21,304 bases of DNA from Promethearchaeota archaeon (GTDB taxonomy: Archaea; Asgardarchaeota; Lokiarchaeia; Sigyniarchaeales; SOKP01). Below are positions 17,401 through 21,304 of this stretch, piece by piece; the first letter of the stretch is position 1; each line of letters starts with the position of its first letter. Made by a program: the position numbers and the translations under genes. The notes beneath the pieces were generated by a model. The model was not told the DNA's origin and ran no database searches. It was given only the letters and a program-made list of their open reading frames with translations. Where the stretch lies: contig JAFGGO010000165.1 of assembly GCA_016930515.1 (NCBI GenBank), positions 1-21,304 on the forward strand, read 5' to 3'.

Positions 17401-18487
17401 TCTAAGCGATAATAATTCCTTCAGATCCGGACATCTCGAAATAAATACTAATACATCTATCGAGAGCGTCGTGAAAGGATACACTAGCCTAATACCAGGA
17501 TCTCTACTTTCTACTCGACCCCTCCTAGAGCAAACTTTCAACCTTACATATCTCTCCGGAAGCTATTCTTACGGATATAATTTGAACCTTTTGAATAGTT
17601 ATCCCGCGGGAATCGGAACTACTTTCGTTGTGTCTAAGAGTTTAGATAATTACACGAATCCTTATTCACCCCGAATTTCATTTGAAATATTGAATTCAGA
17701 TCCCGAAATTGACTCGAGTAATTCCTACATTGATGGTCGTTCCGTTAGTGTTATTGAAGATTCGAGTTATTTAAGCGCAATACAGGGTTCGCAGCTCTTT
17801 TTTGAGATAGCTGCTAGTGATGTAGAAGATATTAGAGCAAATCTCACAGTTAGCATAACTTTATTTATGTGTTCTGTTCATTTTTTAAGCTCATCAAGTG
17901 GCGTAGCAGTTGAGATATTTCCAAGTATCTTAGAGACTGCCACATTAGAATATAATTCTACTTCGAATAAATTCGAGCTTTATTATACGGTTCCGTCAAC
18001 GATGATATATTCCACGATTGAAGGGCTGAAAAGCATATCTACAAAAACAGATTATCAAAGGGGTGGTGATTATGTAGGAAGGATTTACATAACGGTGACC
18101 GATACAGATGGGGGATTTAACAATGGATACGACTCAGATAATTACCTTTCATTACTTATTATAATCAACGAGCCCTCAAAAACAACAGATCCCATTGTGA
18201 TATTGATGTACCTTATTATCATCGTGGCTATTATAGGAATAATTATTTTTTTGATAGCTATTTCTAGTCAACATCAAAGAAAAAAATCTTTTCATCATCA
18301 ACAAGAATATTTCAGACCAGATTATTCAAATGGTGAACCTCATCTTGGTGAGTACTATTCAGAAAAAATACCATTAGATAAGAATTATCATCGTTTAAAA
18401 TATTGTGGATATTGTGGTTCACCATTAACGAATTCAGATTTAATTTGTAAAAATTGTGGTCATTCTATTGAAACGGATAACGAGTGA
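14465..18487 (+). CDS. Membrane-anchored S8 subtilase with site-1-protease-like architecture: signal peptide, prodomain, S8, beta-rich linker, GIFT/DUF4350-like domain, beta-rich stalk, TM, cytosolic zinc ribbon
   Basis: Triad D203 (VIDSG), H244 (HGTHCAG), S432 (GTSMACP), oxyanion N342 (AGNSG). Many N-x-S/T sequons. TM at about 18194-18262. CGYC...CKNC at about 18404-18460. Confidence 0.92.
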   Translation: [1340 protein letters not shown]

Positions 18488-18522
18488 GATTAAAAATAAA
18501 TAAAATAACTTTTATTTAATAA

Positions 18523-19224
18523 TTATAACACAAGAACTTGACCGTTCTCTTGCCCTATATAGGCTTTCTTGGCCATTTTAATGAATAAACCGGTGTCAAC
18601 TACCCCCGGAATTTTTAATATTTTATCGTTTAGCTGTTCGGGATTAGAAATGATTCCAAAATCAACATCAACTATAAAATTTCCGTTATCGGTAACTAAT
18701 GGTCCAGCTTTCGATTTTGCCATGCGTAGAACTGGTTTTCCCCCTAATTTCTCGAGTTTTTTCATTATCGGCACATAGGCGATTGGTATAACTTCGATGG
18801 GCACTCCTTTCTTCCAGCTTTCTCCAAGATTTTTCGAATTTTTACGAAAATCGGCGATAATTATTAGATTTTTGGAATTTGATGCCACGATCTTTTCTTG
18901 GACCAAGCAACCCCCTCCACCCTTAATCAGGTTTAAATCCTTGTCTATCTCGTCTGCTCCGTCTATATCCAAGTCAATTTCTGGATATTGATCGAGCGAT
19001 ACCAAGTCAAGGCCATGTTCGACGATAAGCTGATAAGATTGAAACGAGGTTGGTATGCATTTAAGGTTCAAATGGTCATTTTTATTGAGCTCAGCTATTT
19101 TTTCAACAGCATATACCACGGTAGAACCGCTTCCAATTCCCAAAATCATATTAGCCTTGACATTCTCCTCTACGGCCTTAATTGCAGCCAATTTTTTTCC
19201 TTGTTCGATTAAAGCACTACTCAT
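18523..19224 (-). CDS. rpiA: Ribose-5-phosphate isomerase A
   Basis: [39 protein letters not shown]. The start is either ATG 19224 or GTG 19236. Confidence 0.96.
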   Translation of the reverse strand: MSSALIEQGKKLAAIKAVEENVKANMILGIGSGSTVVYAVEKIAELNKNDHLNLKCIPTSFQSYQLIVEHGLDLVSLDQYPEIDLDIDGADEIDKDLNLIKGGGGCLVQEKIVASNSKNLIIIADFRKNSKNLGESWKKGVPIEVIPIAYVPIMKKLEKLGGKPVLRMAKSKAGPLVTDNGNFIVDVDFGIISNPEQLNDKILKIPGVVDTGLFIKMAKKAYIGQENGQVLVL

Positions 19225-19265
19225 GATATTTTTCACAATACTCTTTATAAGACCTTTTAAAAATA

Positions 19266-19673
19266 TTATTTTAGCAAGTTTAAAATTTTTATAGCGAGAT
19301 ATGCCGCATTTTCAGCTCGATCTATCCCCACGCAAGCAACAGGAACTCGAGGAGGCATTTGTACGATAGATAAAAGAGCGTCAAGACCTCCAAGTTTGGC
19401 ACTTACGGGAACTCCAATCACGGGTTTATCCGTTTTGGAAGCAATAACGCCAGGTAAAGCAGCAGAGAGTCCTGCCACTGCGATATAGATGAGCGCCTTA
19501 TTACCCTTTATATAATGATCTAATTTATCAGGATCCCGGTGTGCGGATAGAATTTGAAGTTCGTATGGAATATTATTCTCTTTAAATACATTTTCCGCTT
19601 TTTCGTAGATATCTTTATCTGATGTACTTCCCGCCACGATAGAAACTAAAATTTTGCTTTTTTCTTCGCTCAT
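19266..19673 (-). CDS. purE: PurE (N5-CAIR mutase / AIR carboxylase)
   Basis: [38 protein letters not shown]. Confidence 0.95.
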   Translation of the reverse strand: MSEEKSKILVSIVAGSTSDKDIYEKAENVFKENNIPYELQILSAHRDPDKLDHYIKGNKALIYIAVAGLSAALPGVIASKTDKPVIGVPVSAKLGGLDALLSIVQMPPRVPVACVGIDRAENAAYLAIKILNLLK

Positions 19674-19918
19674 AATACCATAAATTCAACTTTTATTATA
19701 AGATTTCACAGTCCTTTTCCGGGATCAATACTTAAAATTACGTGAGTAATAGCGCGTTTCTTACATTAATGAGTAAAAAATGATTGATTAGAAAAAGAAA
19801 GTGATAAATTTATAACTTCTAATTATCATAAACTTAAATTTAAAGTTACATTTTCATTAATAATTACTTAATTTTAATTAATTACACACTATATATCAGA
19901 TAAAAAAGAGTTCTTATA

Positions 19919-21238
19919 ATGATTAAAAATTTAAACGAAGTATGGCTCGTGGATTACGCTCGAACCGCCTTTTCCCGTTCAAGACCTGGTTCTCCCGAAA
20001 GAGATGTTTTTGGAGAATTGAGAGGAGACGAGATTGCCGGGAAACTAATTCGAGAATTCATGAACAATAACTTGGCATCGAAAAATATCAAGGCAGAAGA
20101 TCTCGATCAAGTAATTACGGGAACCGCTTTACCCGTACACGAAAACTGGACATATGGTGGTAAGTTGCCAACATTTTTAGGAAATTTACCAGTCAATATA
20201 AGCACTTATTCCGTTGAAAAACAATGCGGTAGTGCTGGACAAGCAATGGCTAGCGGTATCATGGAGATAATTACGGGATACAGCAATACGGTATTATGTT
20301 GTGGATTCGAACACATGACAAGGGTTAGCATGAATGTCCAATTTAATAACCACTTGATGGTAAATACAAAATTAGCCAAAAAGAGATCTGAATGGTATCG
20401 AGGGGATGTAGATATAGTTACAACAACGAACATGCTACAGACTGCCCAAAAGTTATACGAACAAAATATTGATACCTCAGCTGAAGTTTCTAAAGAAGAA
20501 ATGGATAAATTAGGCGTAAGATCTCACAATCTTACTATTCAAAATCGCAATTGGTTAAAAAAAGAAATCGTACCAATTGAAGGATACGAAGAGGGAAATC
20601 CCGAAATTTCAAAAATAATCGATTACGACGTAGCTGCACGACCTTCAACCTTGGAAAATGTTGCTAGTTTGAAAAGACTCTCAAGACCCTTCTACTTGAA
20701 AAAGAATATCGAAGGCAAGGATATAGGCGGAAAACAAGGCTATATAGAACGAGAAGGCACAAATGAAGGAGTGATCACGGCGGGAAATTCTTCTCCCCTA
20801 AACGCCGGAGCGACAGCGTGCGTGTTAATGAACGCAGAAGAAGCCAAAAAAAGAGGAATTGAACCAATGGCAAGGATAATTTCCATGGGATGGGCCGGCG
20901 TTGATCCCACGGTAATGGGAAGGGGTCCTGTGCCTGCTTCAGAAATGGCACTCAAACACGCTAATCTCAAGGCTGATGACATGGAATATTGGGAAATAAA
21001 CGAAGCATTCTGTATCGTTGCTTTAAATTGCATGAAACATTTCAACATCCCTGAAGAAAAAGTGAATGTCATGGGTGGTGCAACGGCTATTGGCCATCCA
21101 CTTGGAGCGTCTATGATACGATTGCCAGGTACTCTCGCAAGGATTCTAAAAGACAAAAAAGCTCGTTTTGGATGCGCAAACGCTTGCGTGGGCGGCGGAC
21201 AGGGAATCGCTTTTATTCTCGAAAATCTTGATGCTTGA
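19919..21238 (+). CDS. Thiolase (acetyl-CoA C-acyltransferase)
   Basis: Catalytic Cys in EKQCGS, GFEHM, TAGNSS, EINEAF, GHPLGAS, CVGGGQG. Confidence 0.95.
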   Translation: MIKNLNEVWLVDYARTAFSRSRPGSPERDVFGELRGDEIAGKLIREFMNNNLASKNIKAEDLDQVITGTALPVHENWTYGGKLPTFLGNLPVNISTYSVEKQCGSAGQAMASGIMEIITGYSNTVLCCGFEHMTRVSMNVQFNNHLMVNTKLAKKRSEWYRGDVDIVTTTNMLQTAQKLYEQNIDTSAEVSKEEMDKLGVRSHNLTIQNRNWLKKEIVPIEGYEEGNPEISKIIDYDVAARPSTLENVASLKRLSRPFYLKKNIEGKDIGGKQGYIEREGTNEGVITAGNSSPLNAGATACVLMNAEEAKKRGIEPMARIISMGWAGVDPTVMGRGPVPASEMALKHANLKADDMEYWEINEAFCIVALNCMKHFNIPEEKVNVMGGATAIGHPLGASMIRLPGTLARILKDKKARFGCANACVGGGQGIAFILENLDA

Positions 21239-21240
21239 AT

Positions 21241-21271
21241 TATTTTAGATTTTCATTTTTGTTAATTTTTT
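21241..21271 (+). terminator. T-rich terminator region after the thiolase gene
   Basis: Successive T4-T6 tracts directly after the TGA. Confidence 0.4.
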
Positions 21272-21304
21272 AAATATATAATTCAACATAAAAAATATAT
21301 GAAA

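Noticed and set aside
19674-19918. Possible ncRNA/tRNA or shared fatty-acid operator (AACTTAAATTTAAAGTT) between purE and the thiolase gene
   Set aside because: No cloverleaf or stable GC stem. The near-palindrome is almost all A/T and is expected by chance.
1047-21156. Short alternative ORFs in the track (e.g. 1047..1229, 1615..1827, 3287..3517, 6066..6382, 6618..6827, 8020..8241, 9920..10174, 10601..10852, 14644..15244, 17296..17541, 18569..19294, 20206..21156)
   Set aside because: They are antisense shadows of well-supported genes and have no recognisable motifs.
1-21304. CRISPR arrays, IS elements, integrases, rRNA or tRNA genes
   Set aside because: No regularly spaced repeats, transposase or recombinase motifs, terminal inverted repeats or GC-rich structural RNA segments were seen. 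All intergenic gaps are 250 bp or shorter and AT-rich.

Overview
An AT-rich archaeal chromosomal segment, most likely Asgard (Lokiarchaeia-like). This is inferred from two stand-alone Rab-like small GTPases without prenylation tails, a cytosolic PAS histidine kinase, a split-type acyl-CoA synthetase alpha subunit and a membrane protein with a C-terminal zinc ribbon. Housekeeping genes include gatC, pfpI, dut, rpiA, purE, a thiolase, a HAD phosphatase, a GNAT-fold protein, a family VIII serine hydrolase and a dodecin-like protein. Main points of interest: (1) a 1340-aa membrane subtilase with the domain order and motifs of eukaryotic site-1 protease (MBTPS1/SKI-1), including a GIFT-like domain; (2) a MoxR/RavA-like AAA+ ATPase and an HExxH zincin gene missing from the ORF track, separated by an inverted small GTPase; (3) two paralogous unknown proteins with traces of an ASKHA/ROK-like fold, flanking a serine hydrolase; (4) a 39-aa single-TM microprotein missing from the ORF track. 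No tRNA, rRNA, CRISPR array or mobile element was seen. All family assignments come from motif recognition by eye; no searches were run.
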